64,000 nt of DNA from Candidatus Levyibacteriota bacterium. GTDB lineage: Bacteria > Patescibacteriota > Microgenomatia > Levybacterales > UBA12049. The stretch's first letter is position 1; the number at the start of each line of letters is the position of its first letter. Of the stretch, positions 30,703 to 41,093 are shown piece by piece. The notes under the pieces were generated by a model, which saw nothing but the letters and a program-made list of their open reading frames with translations, did not search any database and had not been told where the DNA came from. The position numbers were made by a program, and so were the translations under genes. The stretch spans positions 67,411 to 131,410 of the forward strand of contig DAIDHK010000001.1 in NCBI GenBank assembly GCA_027459725.1. The letters run 5' to 3'.

Positions 30703-31329
30703 CTACCTGACTTCCACGGTACGATTGACGATAGTAGTTTTTCCATAATGATTCTGCGCAGTAATTTCAATCTGAGTAGCACCTGGCAGTAACGATAAAT
30801 CTTTGAAAAAATTTCCATTCTGATCCACTGTCACCATTTCCCCATTTACCATTACTAAATCGCTGGGATCTGTTGTCCCTTTAACTTCAATATTATCAGG
30901 AACGATCGCGTTGTTTGTCGGACTGCTCACCTGCAAAGGGGGACTAAGAAAAACAGACCTGTATTGAAATATTAAATAACTTAATAAAAATAATGAGATC
31001 ACTATTAAAACTATACTTGAGCGCTGGATGCGTAAAGTTTTATGTTTATACTTCTCTCCTGCAAAACTATCAGGGAGAACTTTAGTAGATTTTTTCGGAT
31101 CGAATTCACGATGAAACAAGGCTAATGCCTCACGTCGGGGAATACCCAGATAAGATGCATAATTGGTCACAAACCCCTGTGCGTAAGTGGCAGATGGTAA
31201 TTTTGCGTATTCATCCTGTTCAATAGCGGAAAGAAAAGCCGGACGGATTTTGGTGGCAGACGATACATCCTCCAGAGATAAACCTTTCCTTCTTCTCTCT
31301 TCTGATAATAATTGTCCTAAATGCACCAT
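30703..31329 (-). CDS. RodZ-like XRE-HTH membrane protein with C-terminal Ig-like domain
   Basis: LGQLLSEERRRKGLSLEDVSSATKIRPAFLSAIE...LPSATYAQGF..NYASYLG, then TM and a PPLQVSSP...GTTDP...ITAQN beta domain; downstream of ftsK. Confidence 0.85.
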   Translation of the reverse strand: MVHLGQLLSEERRRKGLSLEDVSSATKIRPAFLSAIEQDEYAKLPSATYAQGFVTNYASYLGIPRREALALFHREFDPKKSTKVLPDSFAGEKYKHKTLRIQRSSIVLIVISLFLLSYLIFQYRSVFLSPPLQVSSPTNNAIVPDNIEVKGTTDPSDLVMVNGEMVTVDQNGNFFKDLSLLPGATQIEITAQNHYGKTTIVNRTVEVR

Positions 31330-31330
31330 A

Positions 31331-31423
31331 AATTATGGATATTGAATTATGTAATATGAGTTATGAATAATCAAGTAGAATATTAATTTTTACTTTTTTT
31401 CACACTACTTATTACATAATACT
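31331..31423. repeat. Heptamer-periodic imperfect palindrome between ftsK and the RodZ-like gene
   Basis: AATTATG GATATTG AATTATG TAATATG AGTTATG..., with a partly complementary arm CTACTTATTACATAATAC. Confidence 0.6.
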
Positions 31424-31426
31424 GCG

Positions 31427-33562
31427 CTACTGCGGCGTATTCAAACTACGCAAAAATTCTTCCGGATCATGTATCAAAACATCGCGGGGCTTAGATCCTT
31501 CTGGATGTCCAACCACACCTGCTTCTTCTAACATGTCAATTAAACGGGCAGCCTTGGCATAACCGATGGACATTTTTCGTTGTAGGAAAGAAGATGATGC
31601 CTGTTTAAACTGACAGACGATACGCACGGCCTGTTCAAAATCCGCATCGTGCCCATCGGCACCCATGCTGCCGCCTTTTTTACCAGTAGAAATTGGTTGA
31701 TTAATAATTTCTTCTGTGTACTCAACCGCCACATTCTTAGATTTGAGAAATTCTACTAATTTCTTTGTTTCCTTTTCTGATACGAACGCTCCCTGTATAC
31801 GCGTTGGCTTAGCCTGATCTGGCGGAACATACAACATATCACCGCGGCCCAGTAATTTTTCAGCGCCTGGCATATCCAGAATAACACGGGAATCAATCAT
31901 TGAAGAAACGTTAAAGGCTACACGACTGGGAATATTGGCTTTAATCAAACCGGTAATAACATTAACAGATGGACGCTGCGTAGCGATTACTAAATGTATA
32001 CCGACAGCACGAGCCATCTGCGCCAAACGAGTAATAGTATCCTCCACTTCCACTGGCGCAAACATCATTAAATCAGCTAATTCATCAATAATAATAATAA
32101 TATAAGGCATCGCCTGAAAACCTGATAGCTCATTATATGAGTCAATATTACGTACTCCTCTTTCTGCAAAAATCTTGTATCTTCTATCCATTTCTCCGGT
32201 AGCCCATTTTAGGGCTGAGAGAATTTTTTCTACATCCACAATGACAGGGGTCAGTAAATGAGGAATACCATTATAACTAGTCAACTCTACCCGTTTGGGA
32301 TCAATTAGAATCATTTTTACTTCTTGAGGAGATGCGCGAAACAATAATGAAGTAATAAAAGCATTCATCAAGACTGATTTTCCTGAACCAGTGGTACCTG
32401 CAATCAAGACATGCGGCATTTTGGAAATGTCCGCAATCAAAGGAGCTCCAGAGACATCAAGTCCTAAGGAAACGGCCAATTTTGATTTACTTTTTTGCAT
32501 CACAGTAGATGCTAACATAGTTTTCAGGGTAACGACTTCCAGAGAGCGGTTAGGAATTTCTATGCCAACTAAATTACGTCCGGGAATCGGAGCTTCTATA
32601 CGAATCTGTCCAGTAGGAGCTTCCGTAGCCAAAGCCAAATCATTAGCCAAAGAAGTAATTTTAGAAACCTTAGTTCCAAGGGCAATTTCCAATGCATATT
32701 GAGTGACGGCGGGACCCAAATTGACTTCAGCAACTCTGGCAGCTACACTAAAACTCGATAATGTTTTTTCAATAAGAGAAGCTATTTTGTTAATATCACC
32801 ACGGTCTGCCTTTTTACCCGGATCATCTGATAACAAAGAAAGAGGTGGATATTCCCAAATACCCGAACCGCTTAAAGCATTAGCTACTAATTTATCTGAT
32901 AGCAACTCAGCATTAGGTCTTTTATCGTTAGTTTGAACTTGTGATTCAACCGCTTTAGCCAGGGCAGGCTGCGCAGTCCTAATAGCTGGTCCCTCTGCCT
33001 TTTGCCCACCCTTAATCGTTAAAGGCTTATGTGAGAACCCTTCCTTATTTTTCTTAAACACTCTAAGTAATCCAAAAGGCATCAACCGTGAAGTGTTTTT
33101 AACAATTGAACTAAAGAGATAGGCTATCTCATCAACTGAAGTATCGAAAAAGACAATTATTCCTACAAATATCCCTGCAATATATACCACGTCAGCAAAT
33201 GCCTTATTGACAATGTCAGACACTATTTGAAACATACTGGCTCCAATAGATCCGCTGCGGGAAAGGGCCAGTAAGCTTACGAAAAACAGTAGATATCCAA
33301 TAGCAACATTTAATTTTGAAAGATAAAATTTTAAATGGAAAAAAAGTAAGGCAAAAAATACTAAAACCAGGGGGAACAGAAATGAGACACTGCCAAACTT
33401 ATCATTTAACATAGTATTTATCCCTAACAAAGCACTATTACTTTTACCAAAGGATAAATAGAGTAATACGGCAACTACCAAAAATCCAACTGCAAACAAA
33501 TTATATACAGTGTTTTTTTTTAGTTTTAATTTAAATTTTTTACGATGACCACGTCTAGCCAT
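31427..33562 (-). CDS. ftsK: DNA translocase FtsK
   Basis: 4-TM N-domain, GPAVTQY, RIEAPIPG, PHVLIAGTTGSGKS, IIDELADLM, ATQRPS, gamma domain QRKMSIGYAKAARL. Start moved to MARRG. Confidence 0.97.
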   Translation of the reverse strand: MARRGHRKKFKLKLKKNTVYNLFAVGFLVVAVLLYLSFGKSNSALLGINTMLNDKFGSVSFLFPLVLVFFALLFFHLKFYLSKLNVAIGYLLFFVSLLALSRSGSIGASMFQIVSDIVNKAFADVVYIAGIFVGIIVFFDTSVDEIAYLFSSIVKNTSRLMPFGLLRVFKKNKEGFSHKPLTIKGGQKAEGPAIRTAQPALAKAVESQVQTNDKRPNAELLSDKLVANALSGSGIWEYPPLSLLSDDPGKKADRGDINKIASLIEKTLSSFSVAARVAEVNLGPAVTQYALEIALGTKVSKITSLANDLALATEAPTGQIRIEAPIPGRNLVGIEIPNRSLEVVTLKTMLASTVMQKSKSKLAVSLGLDVSGAPLIADISKMPHVLIAGTTGSGKSVLMNAFITSLLFRASPQEVKMILIDPKRVELTSYNGIPHLLTPVIVDVEKILSALKWATGEMDRRYKIFAERGVRNIDSYNELSGFQAMPYIIIIIDELADLMMFAPVEVEDTITRLAQMARAVGIHLVIATQRPSVNVITGLIKANIPSRVAFNVSSMIDSRVILDMPGAEKLLGRGDMLYVPPDQAKPTRIQGAFVSEKETKKLVEFLKSKNVAVEYTEEIINQPISTGKKGGSMGADGHDADFEQAVRIVCQFKQASSSFLQRKMSIGYAKAARLIDMLEEAGVVGHPEGSKPRDVLIHDPEEFLRSLNTPQ

Positions 33563-33739
33563 AGGCAAGTTAACAAGTTCATAATAGCACAATCCGAGCG
33601 CTCTGACAAAGTCAGATTTTGATAAATTCAACCTGTAATTCAGTATATCTTAAGTATTTTTCTGCAAAATTAGCAGTTTAGAGCATAGACTGAAATATTG
33701 TCTGGAATATGAGCAATTTTGGGTGTAAAATCATATAAT

Positions 33740-34426
33740 ATGATTGAGAAAGTTAAAACACTGTCAAATAGAATAACTCACAAAATCAGACGTATGCGTC
33801 TGCAAAAAATGCATATAGATTATATAGCTGGTCTATTAACAATCCCAGTTTTATTGACAGCTATTATGATCAATTTTGGTAATCTAAATAAAAACACCAA
33901 AACTACAACCACTACGGAAACTCCAAGTCCGCAAGTTATTATAGTCACGACAGCTCCTAATAATAACAACGCTGATGTCAGCCAAAATCAAACAGCTCTG
34001 CCAACACCCACGCCTGTCTGTCAAAAAAATATAGGTCCCATCAGTATTACCTCACCGACCGAAGGACAAACGGTCAGTGATAACCCTGTATGTATACAAA
34101 TCAATTATTCAGATAGTAATTACTGCTCTGTGGTATGGTCATACCGCATAAATGGAGGTTCATGGTCTGATTTTAATAATAACTCTCCCTGTCTGTATAA
34201 CCTATCTAACGGTAACATTCAATTCCAGTTGAGAGTTAATAGTACAGTATCAAGTGATAGTACAACTCTGACTAGAAATTTCGTTTATGACGGTGCTAAC
34301 AATCCCGTTATTACTCCAACACCAACTCCTTTACCGACGTCTACACCAACTCCTACAAACACACCAACACCGACTCCTTCACCAACTATAACAATTACAC
34401 CTACTGTCCCTGTTCCGACTAAGTAA
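33740..34426 (+). CDS. Membrane-anchored surface protein with Ig-like domain and Pro/Thr repeats
   Basis: TM YIAGLLTIPVLLTAIMI, ISITSPTEGQTV...YRINGGSWS...LSNGNIQFQLRV, (PT)n tail. Confidence 0.7.
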   Translation: MIEKVKTLSNRITHKIRRMRLQKMHIDYIAGLLTIPVLLTAIMINFGNLNKNTKTTTTTETPSPQVIIVTTAPNNNNADVSQNQTALPTPTPVCQKNIGPISITSPTEGQTVSDNPVCIQINYSDSNYCSVVWSYRINGGSWSDFNNNSPCLYNLSNGNIQFQLRVNSTVSSDSTTLTRNFVYDGANNPVITPTPTPLPTSTPTPTNTPTPTPSPTITITPTVPVPTK

Positions 34427-34487
34427 TTTATACCATACATCAATTACTCTCAGTTTCTTAAAACACATTAGTAAGATAATCTATAAT

Positions 34488-35117
34488 CTAATAATTATCC
34501 GGACATAAATCTCCCAATGGACACCCTGCACAAACATGTTTGCGTGCTGGACAGTAATCTCTTCCGAAATTAATCATCAAATGTGTAAAATCAATCCAGT
34601 CTTGGCGGGGAATAATTTTCATCAGATCCTGTTCTATTTTCTCAGGCGTTTTCTCTTTGGTTAAACCCAGGCGTTGTGTTAAACGCATGACATGGGTATC
34701 TACAGCAATACCTTCAGCTTTACCAAAGGCATTTCCCAACACCACATTAGCTGTCTTTCTCGCAACTCCGGGTAGACTATCCAAATCCTCCAACGTTTGC
34801 GGAACATTACCACTAAACTTTTCCACAATCATTTTACAAGCGGCCACAATATTTTTAGCTTTATTAAAATGAAAATTAATTTTTTTAATCTCTTTATCCA
34901 ACTGCTCCGGCTTTAAATTAGCAAAATCCTCAGCTTTTTTATACTTAGCAAACAAATCAGGTGTAACTGTATTTACAGTTTTATCCGTCGCCTGCGCTGA
35001 AAGAATCGTAGCGATTAATAACTGTAAAGGTGTCCGGTAATATAATGCTGTCTGAGGATGAGGATATACATTACGCAATCTCTTAATTATTTCTTTTGCT
35101 TTTTCTTCCCGTGTCAT
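34488..35117 (-). CDS. nth: Endonuclease III
   Basis: LLIATILSAQATD, HhH LPGVARKTANVV, AVDTHV, and the 4Fe-4S motif C-x6-C-x2-C-x5-C. Confidence 0.97.
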   Translation of the reverse strand: MTREEKAKEIIKRLRNVYPHPQTALYYRTPLQLLIATILSAQATDKTVNTVTPDLFAKYKKAEDFANLKPEQLDKEIKKINFHFNKAKNIVAACKMIVEKFSGNVPQTLEDLDSLPGVARKTANVVLGNAFGKAEGIAVDTHVMRLTQRLGLTKEKTPEKIEQDLMKIIPRQDWIDFTHLMINFGRDYCPARKHVCAGCPLGDLCPDNY

Positions 35118-35121
35118 AAAA

Positions 35122-36855
35122 CTAGATCTCAATTACAATTGGTAAAACTAACGGACGTCTACGGGTCAGACGAAATATAAGCTTAGCCGAAACGTCTGAA
35201 ACTAATTTTCTCATGTGTACCCAGCTGGTCACTTTTACTCTCTTACTGACCAGCACATTTCTTAACTCTCTATCCAATGATGATTTAATATCCTGCATGT
35301 CGCTTTGTAATAATCCTCTGGTAACCACTTCTGGTGGATTAACCAGTTGTCCTTCTTCAGCAGATACTTCTGCCATGACAATGACGATTCCTTCTTTAGC
35401 TAGCTGTTCACGATCCCGAAGTACAAAATTCTCTACCTCTTCCCCGGAATATTGATCGACATATACGTGCTCAATTTGAATTCGCTTACCCAGTTTCATA
35501 TTATCCTGATTAATAAGCACTTCCTGTCCGTCTTCAATCAATAGAATTTGTTTTCGCTGATAACCAAACTTTTCTGCCAGCCGTCTGTAGGCTACCATCT
35601 GTTTGTACGTTCCGCTAATAGGAATTAAAAACTTCGGTTTTGTAAGAGATAACAATAGCATCATATCACCTGAAGCCCCATGACCTGAAACATGAAACTT
35701 ATCGGAAATTTGGGTATATAAAACTTTGGCACCAGTTTTGGAGATTTCATCAACTAACTGGTCAACTAATACTTCATTTCCGGGAATTGGATCAGCAGAA
35801 AAAATTACTATATCATCCGGAGATAGCTTTACTTCTTTATGTTCACCATTGGCAATTCGACTCATACCTGAATTTTCCTGTCCCTGCGCACCGGCCACCA
35901 ACAGCAATAACTGTTTGTCGTTGTAATTCTTGATCTGATCAATTTCAATCTCGGTATTTTGAAGCATTTGCAAATAACCAAGACGTTGTCCAATGTCTTT
36001 ATTTTTGATTAAGGACCTACCAATAAAACAAACCTTGCGATTATATTTTTCTGCTGCTTTGATAGCTTGGTTCAAACGCGAAATATTGGAAGAATAAGTT
36101 GTGATAATACACTTTCCACGACAGTTAGCTACTTCGCGTTCAAAATCGGCCGAAATTGTTTCTTCTGAATGCGTAAATCCGGTCCGTTCAGCTCCCAGAC
36201 AATCTGATAATAAACATAAGATACCCTGATTAGCCGCATTGACGATACCGGCAAAATCAGTTTTTTTACCATCGGCTGGAGTAAAATCAAATTTATAATC
36301 TGCACCATGATAAAAATTACCCACTGGTGTTTTTATAAAAATATGAGAGCTATCAGGGATTGAATGGGTTATACGTATAAAAGAAACCGTGAAGGGACCT
36401 AAATTTATCTCACGGTTATCAAATGGCACCGTTTCCACTTTACCTGATATTTCAAATTCTTTTAATTTCTCATTGGCAAATGCTGCTGTCAATGGGCTTG
36501 CATACATCGGAAAATCATAACCGGCAGTCTGTAGCTGTGGTAAAACAAAAGGTAATGCCCCTATATGGTCTTCATGTCCATGTGAGAACACCATTCCCAT
36601 AATTTTTTTGTTTTTATTATTTTTGAGTAAATAACGGACATCGGGTAAAAGCAGATCGACACCCAACATGGTTTCATCGGCAAAACCCAGACCGCAATCA
36701 ACGATTAAAATCTGATCTTTATATTCATAGACGTACATATTACGTGTTACATCACCTGGTCCTCCCAACGGTAACAGAGATAATGTTTCGTTATTCTTTT
36801 TGAAAAACTTTTTCTGAGGTTGAAAAGGAGGCTTTGCATTTAAATTTTCTTCCAT
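35122..36855 (-). CDS. rnj: Ribonuclease J
   Basis: PLGG, VDCG, SHGHEDHIGA, HSIPD, HVSGH, C-terminal RRPLVLPIVIEI. Confidence 0.97.
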   Translation of the reverse strand: MEENLNAKPPFQPQKKFFKKNNETLSLLPLGGPGDVTRNMYVYEYKDQILIVDCGLGFADETMLGVDLLLPDVRYLLKNNKNKKIMGMVFSHGHEDHIGALPFVLPQLQTAGYDFPMYASPLTAAFANEKLKEFEISGKVETVPFDNREINLGPFTVSFIRITHSIPDSSHIFIKTPVGNFYHGADYKFDFTPADGKKTDFAGIVNAANQGILCLLSDCLGAERTGFTHSEETISADFEREVANCRGKCIITTYSSNISRLNQAIKAAEKYNRKVCFIGRSLIKNKDIGQRLGYLQMLQNTEIEIDQIKNYNDKQLLLLVAGAQGQENSGMSRIANGEHKEVKLSPDDIVIFSADPIPGNEVLVDQLVDEISKTGAKVLYTQISDKFHVSGHGASGDMMLLLSLTKPKFLIPISGTYKQMVAYRRLAEKFGYQRKQILLIEDGQEVLINQDNMKLGKRIQIEHVYVDQYSGEEVENFVLRDREQLAKEGIVIVMAEVSAEEGQLVNPPEVVTRGLLQSDMQDIKSSLDRELRNVLVSKRVKVTSWVHMRKLVSDVSAKLIFRLTRRRPLVLPIVIEI

Positions 36856-36904
36856 AATTTATCCAATTTCTAATCTATATTATACTCTTATATAGCTGCA
36901 TATT

Positions 36905-38167
36905 CTACCAGGAGGGTAAAAATTCTTTGATATTGCTGTCATTTACGACTACAGTTTGTACTTTTCCTTCAACAATCAATCTGGCCGATTTACGACACAT
37001 ATTGTCTATGGTCCTTTCTAGAGTACGAATACCTGAATCAAAACCCAAAGGGCGGATAACACCTGCCCAGGAATTATCGTCAATCGTCATTTGCTGTGGC
37101 AATAAACCGGCCTGTTGACGAATTTTTGGGAATAGGTAAGTCTTAGCAATCACTATCTTTTCTTCATCCGAGTAAGAGGGCATTTGAATAATTTCCAAAC
37201 GGTCCATCACCGCAGTTGAAATAGCCGTCGTATTGTTGGCTGTAGCCACAAAGAGAACATGTGATAAATCAAAGGGATAATCAATATAATGATCAATAAA
37301 AGCTGCATTCTGTTCCGGATCTAACAGCTCAACTAAAACTCCCATGATATCGGCACGGGAAGCTTCAGTCACACGATCCAGCTCATCTAGTAAAATAACT
37401 GGATTTTTAGTCTTGGCATGAACTAATTTCTTGATCACCGAGCCCGGTTCTGCATCAGGAAAAGCACGCGACTGGCCTCTGAGGGCTAGAGAATCAGCCA
37501 TACCTCCAAATGGTATGCGTTCAAACTGCTTGCCTAAAGCTTCAGAGATAGATTTTGCCAAAGTTGTCTTACCCGTACCGGCTAATCCTACTAAACATAA
37601 GATTGGTGCGTGCTGTATATTGTTAACTCCACCATTTTTTAAATTCAAAATAATAGTAGCCAGATAATCCAAAATTCTACTTTTAATTGGCTCAAGTCCA
37701 TAGTGATTTTTATCCAGAATTTCTTTTGCATTGACTAGATCCAGTGAATCTTTAGAAAGGGTGTTCCAGGGCAAACCAATCACCCAATTAATATAATTGG
37801 ATGTACTTTCATATTCTAAAATGTAATTTGCACTCATAAAACCAGCACTGGCTCTGATTAATGCCAAGCGTGCAATTCGCTCGACCAGTGACTGATGTAA
37901 ATCTGCAGGTAGCTTTATTGACTCAATTTTTTCTCCTAATTTCCTTATTTGATCATTTGAACTCGCTTTGGCTTTATCCTCTTCTGTCTCTTTTACGACA
38001 GTCTGACGATTATCAGGAGCAATAATCTGCGGTCCTGATGGAACGTATGTCGTCTGATCCATAGGCAAATCTTGATTAACTGGCTGAGATTGTACTGATG
38101 GTGCATTTAAACCGCTAGTCGGCGTACTTGAAGATGTAACATTTTCCGTTTGGGCAGTGGAATTCAT
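36905..38167 (-). CDS. Lon-family AAA+ ATPase lacking the protease domain and the Lon N-domain
   Basis: LPW...ILDKNHYGLEPIKSRIL, PILCLVGLAGTGKT, LLDELD, LLDPEQNAAFIDHYIDYPFDLS, DRLEII, GIRTLER; ends right after the AAA lid. Confidence 0.9.
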   Translation of the reverse strand: MNSTAQTENVTSSSTPTSGLNAPSVQSQPVNQDLPMDQTTYVPSGPQIIAPDNRQTVVKETEEDKAKASSNDQIRKLGEKIESIKLPADLHQSLVERIARLALIRASAGFMSANYILEYESTSNYINWVIGLPWNTLSKDSLDLVNAKEILDKNHYGLEPIKSRILDYLATIILNLKNGGVNNIQHAPILCLVGLAGTGKTTLAKSISEALGKQFERIPFGGMADSLALRGQSRAFPDAEPGSVIKKLVHAKTKNPVILLDELDRVTEASRADIMGVLVELLDPEQNAAFIDHYIDYPFDLSHVLFVATANNTTAISTAVMDRLEIIQMPSYSDEEKIVIAKTYLFPKIRQQAGLLPQQMTIDDNSWAGVIRPLGFDSGIRTLERTIDNMCRKSARLIVEGKVQTVVVNDSNIKEFLPSW

Positions 38168-38292
38168 AACATAATGATAATATAGTCAGCTTGAAAACAC
38201 AAACAATATAATTAAAAACTATCGGAAAGAACAATTTAACCAGTAAACAATGGATAGATGTTAATTCTTTCTAGTTATTATCAGCTAGAAGA

Positions 38293-40566
38293 TTAGAAGT
38301 GTTTTTTGCGACGCATGCCTTTACCAAATTTTTCGTTACGGTTAAATCCACCACGTTCTCTCCTGAATTGTTGAGACAACGGGTGATCACTGTGTCTTTC
38401 TTCTCTATCATTTCTTTCGCTGTTTCTTTTTTGCTCCTGCTCCCTGGCTTCATCAGCTGACAGCATAGAAAGATTAATTCTGCCCTGATCGTCAATTTGT
38501 ATTACTCTTACCTTCACTACCTGGCCAATCTGCACCACATCTTCAGGTGATTTGACGAAATCTTTAGACATCTGGGAGACATGTACCATGCCTTCCTTAC
38601 CTGGCAAAATTTCTACAAAAGCTCCGAAAGACAAAATTCTTTTAACCGGACCTTCAAATTCTTCGCCAACTTGTACTTCTCGTACGATACCTTTGACCCA
38701 ATCATAGGCTTTTTGTACTGACTCATCACTCGTACCCGAAACCGTTACTTTACCGTCATCCTCAACATCAACGCTCGCGCCAGTTTGGGCGATTATGTGT
38801 TTTATGGTTTTCCCCCCAGGTCCAATAATCTCACCGATGCGATCAACAGGAATTTGCAAAACTTCAATCTTTGGTGCATAGGCTGATAATTGAGAGCGTG
38901 AAGATGGAATTACAGTCTGCATGACTTCCAGAATTTGCATTCTTGCATTGCGAGCCCGTTCAAAAATTTCGGCAATTTGTTCAACGGTTAACCCCAATAT
39001 TTTTACATCCAATTGTATAGCAGTTACACCTGTATCTGTCCCTGCCACTTTAAAGTCCATATCACCGGAAAAATCTTCCAGTCCAATGATATCAGTCAAT
39101 AAAACATATTTTTCTTCATTGGACATCATACCAATAGAAATTCCCGCCACTGGTTTGATGATAGGTACACCTGCATCCATTAAAGCCAAAGTAGAACCAC
39201 AAGCTGAGGCCATAGAAGTAGAGCCATTGGAGGACATTATCTCTGATACTACACGAATAGTGTAAGGGAAAACATCACGACTTGGTATAACCGCTTCTAA
39301 AGCTCTTTCTGCAAGTGCACCATGCCCGATCTCACGGCGTGAAGGAGTTCCCATTCTCCCAGCCTCACCTACGGAATAAGGTGGCATAGAGTAATGATGA
39401 ATATATCTTTTACTTTCCTCACCCTCAGCCGATTCGATCAACTGTTCCATACGAGGAGAACCAAGAGTTACTACAGTTAAGGCTTGAGTCATTCCACGCT
39501 GGAAAATAGCTGATCCATGAGTTCTGGGCAACAATCCAACTTCTACATGCAATGGACGAATCTCGTCCATTTTGCGACCATCAGCTCTTTTATTATTTTT
39601 CATCACATCACTGCGGATTTGCTTAAACATGACATATTCCATTGCCTTAGCAATGGTTTTTTTGTCTACTTCACTAGCACCATCACGCATTTTTTCTGTA
39701 TCATAAATCCTATTAAGCAGGACATCTGTTTCATCTCCACTGCCTTCTTTACTGACACGGGAAACTATTAAATCTTTGATATCAGACAGATATTCCTTTT
39801 CAATCAAAGTTGCTACTTCATGCAATTTTGTATTTGGCTCAACGACTTTTTTCTCCTGACCTGCTTTAGCCCGGAACTCCTCGATAAACTTGATAATCTC
39901 CCCAGTAGCATTATGTGCTTCTTTAGCTGCTTCAACTAATACATTTTCCGGTACTTGCTTAGCACCAGCTTCAATCATGTGAGTTTTTTCTTTGGTCTGA
40001 CTGAAGACAATATCCAACTCTGAATGTTCTGTTTCTGAGGTGGTGGGGTTAACAATAAGTTCACTGCCATCATCCGGACTTTGAACATAACCTACGCGTA
40101 CCGCCCCGATTGGTCCTTTCCAGGGAACACGTGACATATGCAGTGCAGCAGAAACAGCAATGATAGATAAAATATCGGGTTCATGTTCTCCATCCACCGA
40201 CAAAACCGTAACAACTACTTGGACTTCATTTTTGTACTCTTTAGGAAACAATGGGCGTATAGAGCGATCAATCAGACGACCAATCAAAATTGACTCATCG
40301 GTCGGACGACCTTCGCGTTTTACCCATCGGGAGCCTTTGATTCTTCCTCCGGCATATAAGCGTTCGACATATTCTACAGTAAGTGGGAAATAATCGATAT
40401 CTTCACGCAGCTTTCCTTCGACAACTGTAGCGTGGACCATAGTATCACCCATGCGGGCCAATACGGCGGCAGTAGCCTGTTCAGCTAACCGACCTGTTTC
40501 CAGTGTTACTTTCTCTCCTGCAACTTCGAATTCTAAGGAGACGATTTTATTTGTTTTTTTTGCCAT
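38293..40566 (-). CDS. pnp: Polyribonucleotide nucleotidyltransferase (PNPase)
   Basis: RLIDRSIRPLF, RTHGSAIFQRG, RREIGHGALAERAL, SNGSTSMAS, GDMDFKVAG, KH and S1 domains. Confidence 0.98.
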   Translation of the reverse strand: MAKKTNKIVSLEFEVAGEKVTLETGRLAEQATAAVLARMGDTMVHATVVEGKLREDIDYFPLTVEYVERLYAGGRIKGSRWVKREGRPTDESILIGRLIDRSIRPLFPKEYKNEVQVVVTVLSVDGEHEPDILSIIAVSAALHMSRVPWKGPIGAVRVGYVQSPDDGSELIVNPTTSETEHSELDIVFSQTKEKTHMIEAGAKQVPENVLVEAAKEAHNATGEIIKFIEEFRAKAGQEKKVVEPNTKLHEVATLIEKEYLSDIKDLIVSRVSKEGSGDETDVLLNRIYDTEKMRDGASEVDKKTIAKAMEYVMFKQIRSDVMKNNKRADGRKMDEIRPLHVEVGLLPRTHGSAIFQRGMTQALTVVTLGSPRMEQLIESAEGEESKRYIHHYSMPPYSVGEAGRMGTPSRREIGHGALAERALEAVIPSRDVFPYTIRVVSEIMSSNGSTSMASACGSTLALMDAGVPIIKPVAGISIGMMSNEEKYVLLTDIIGLEDFSGDMDFKVAGTDTGVTAIQLDVKILGLTVEQIAEIFERARNARMQILEVMQTVIPSSRSQLSAYAPKIEVLQIPVDRIGEIIGPGGKTIKHIIAQTGASVDVEDDGKVTVSGTSDESVQKAYDWVKGIVREVQVGEEFEGPVKRILSFGAFVEILPGKEGMVHVSQMSKDFVKSPEDVVQIGQVVKVRVIQIDDQGRINLSMLSADEAREQEQKRNSERNDREERHSDHPLSQQFRRERGGFNRNEKFGKGMRRKKHF

Positions 40567-40589
40567 AAATTTAATCTTTTTTAGTATAA

Positions 40590-40646
40590 CACAGTAATTG
40601 TGTAAAGAAGAATAATAATTATTTTTCTTAACAACTCAACTATGTG
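40590..40646 (-). promoter_or_regulatory. Long imperfect stem-loop in the pnp 5' region
   Basis: Minus-strand arms CACATAGTTG...AAGAAAAATAA and TTATTCTTCTT...CAATTACTGTG pair with internal loops. Confidence 0.4.
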
Positions 40647-40667
40647 GTCCGTAAGAAATATTTGTTA

Positions 40668-40732
40668 TATCAAGTAGTACGTAGCAAGTATGAAGAGGAA
40701 ATCACTTCATATTCATTACATAATACTTGATA
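40668..40732. repeat. Heptamer-built imperfect palindrome between rpsO and pnp
   Basis: TAT-CAAGTAG-TACGTAG-CAAGTAT-GAAG ... CTTCATATTCATTACATAATACTTGATA. Confidence 0.65.
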
Positions 40733-40733
40733 C

Positions 40734-41003
40734 TTAGTTCTTCAGACCAATTTTTTTCAATATATCACCTGATCTGCTTTTATCAACTTTCTCCAAAAAG
40801 TTAATAAGTCTGCGTCTTTTAGCAATCATTGATAATAATCCACGGCGGCTGTGAACATCATGAGCATGTGCTTTTAAATGCTCTGCTAAACGATCAATAC
40901 GGTGACTGAGAAGAGCAATTTGTACTTCAGGACTACCAGTATCACTGTTACCTGTCTGATATTGCTTGATAATTTCCTGCTTTTGTGTCGTACTTAACGG
41001 CAT
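40734..41003 (-). CDS. rpsO: 30S ribosomal protein S15
   Basis: DTGSPEVQIALLS, HDVHSRRGLL, KRRRL. Start moved to MPLSTT. Confidence 0.98.
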   Translation of the reverse strand: MPLSTTQKQEIIKQYQTGNSDTGSPEVQIALLSHRIDRLAEHLKAHAHDVHSRRGLLSMIAKRRRLINFLEKVDKSRSGDILKKIGLKN

Positions 41004-41093
41004 AGTAAAAGGTATTATACCAGTTTTGTCCGCCCTTCGCAACCAAACCAATAGCAATTATTTCTTTAACGGAGTTAAAACAATAAATATGCG

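Noticed and set aside
34310-34420. Tandem DNA repeats or CRISPR-like arrays in the PT-rich stretches (also 8870-9060 and 57660-57725)
   Set aside because: These are degenerate codon repeats encoding Pro/Thr linkers, with no constant repeat-spacer structure and no cas genes.
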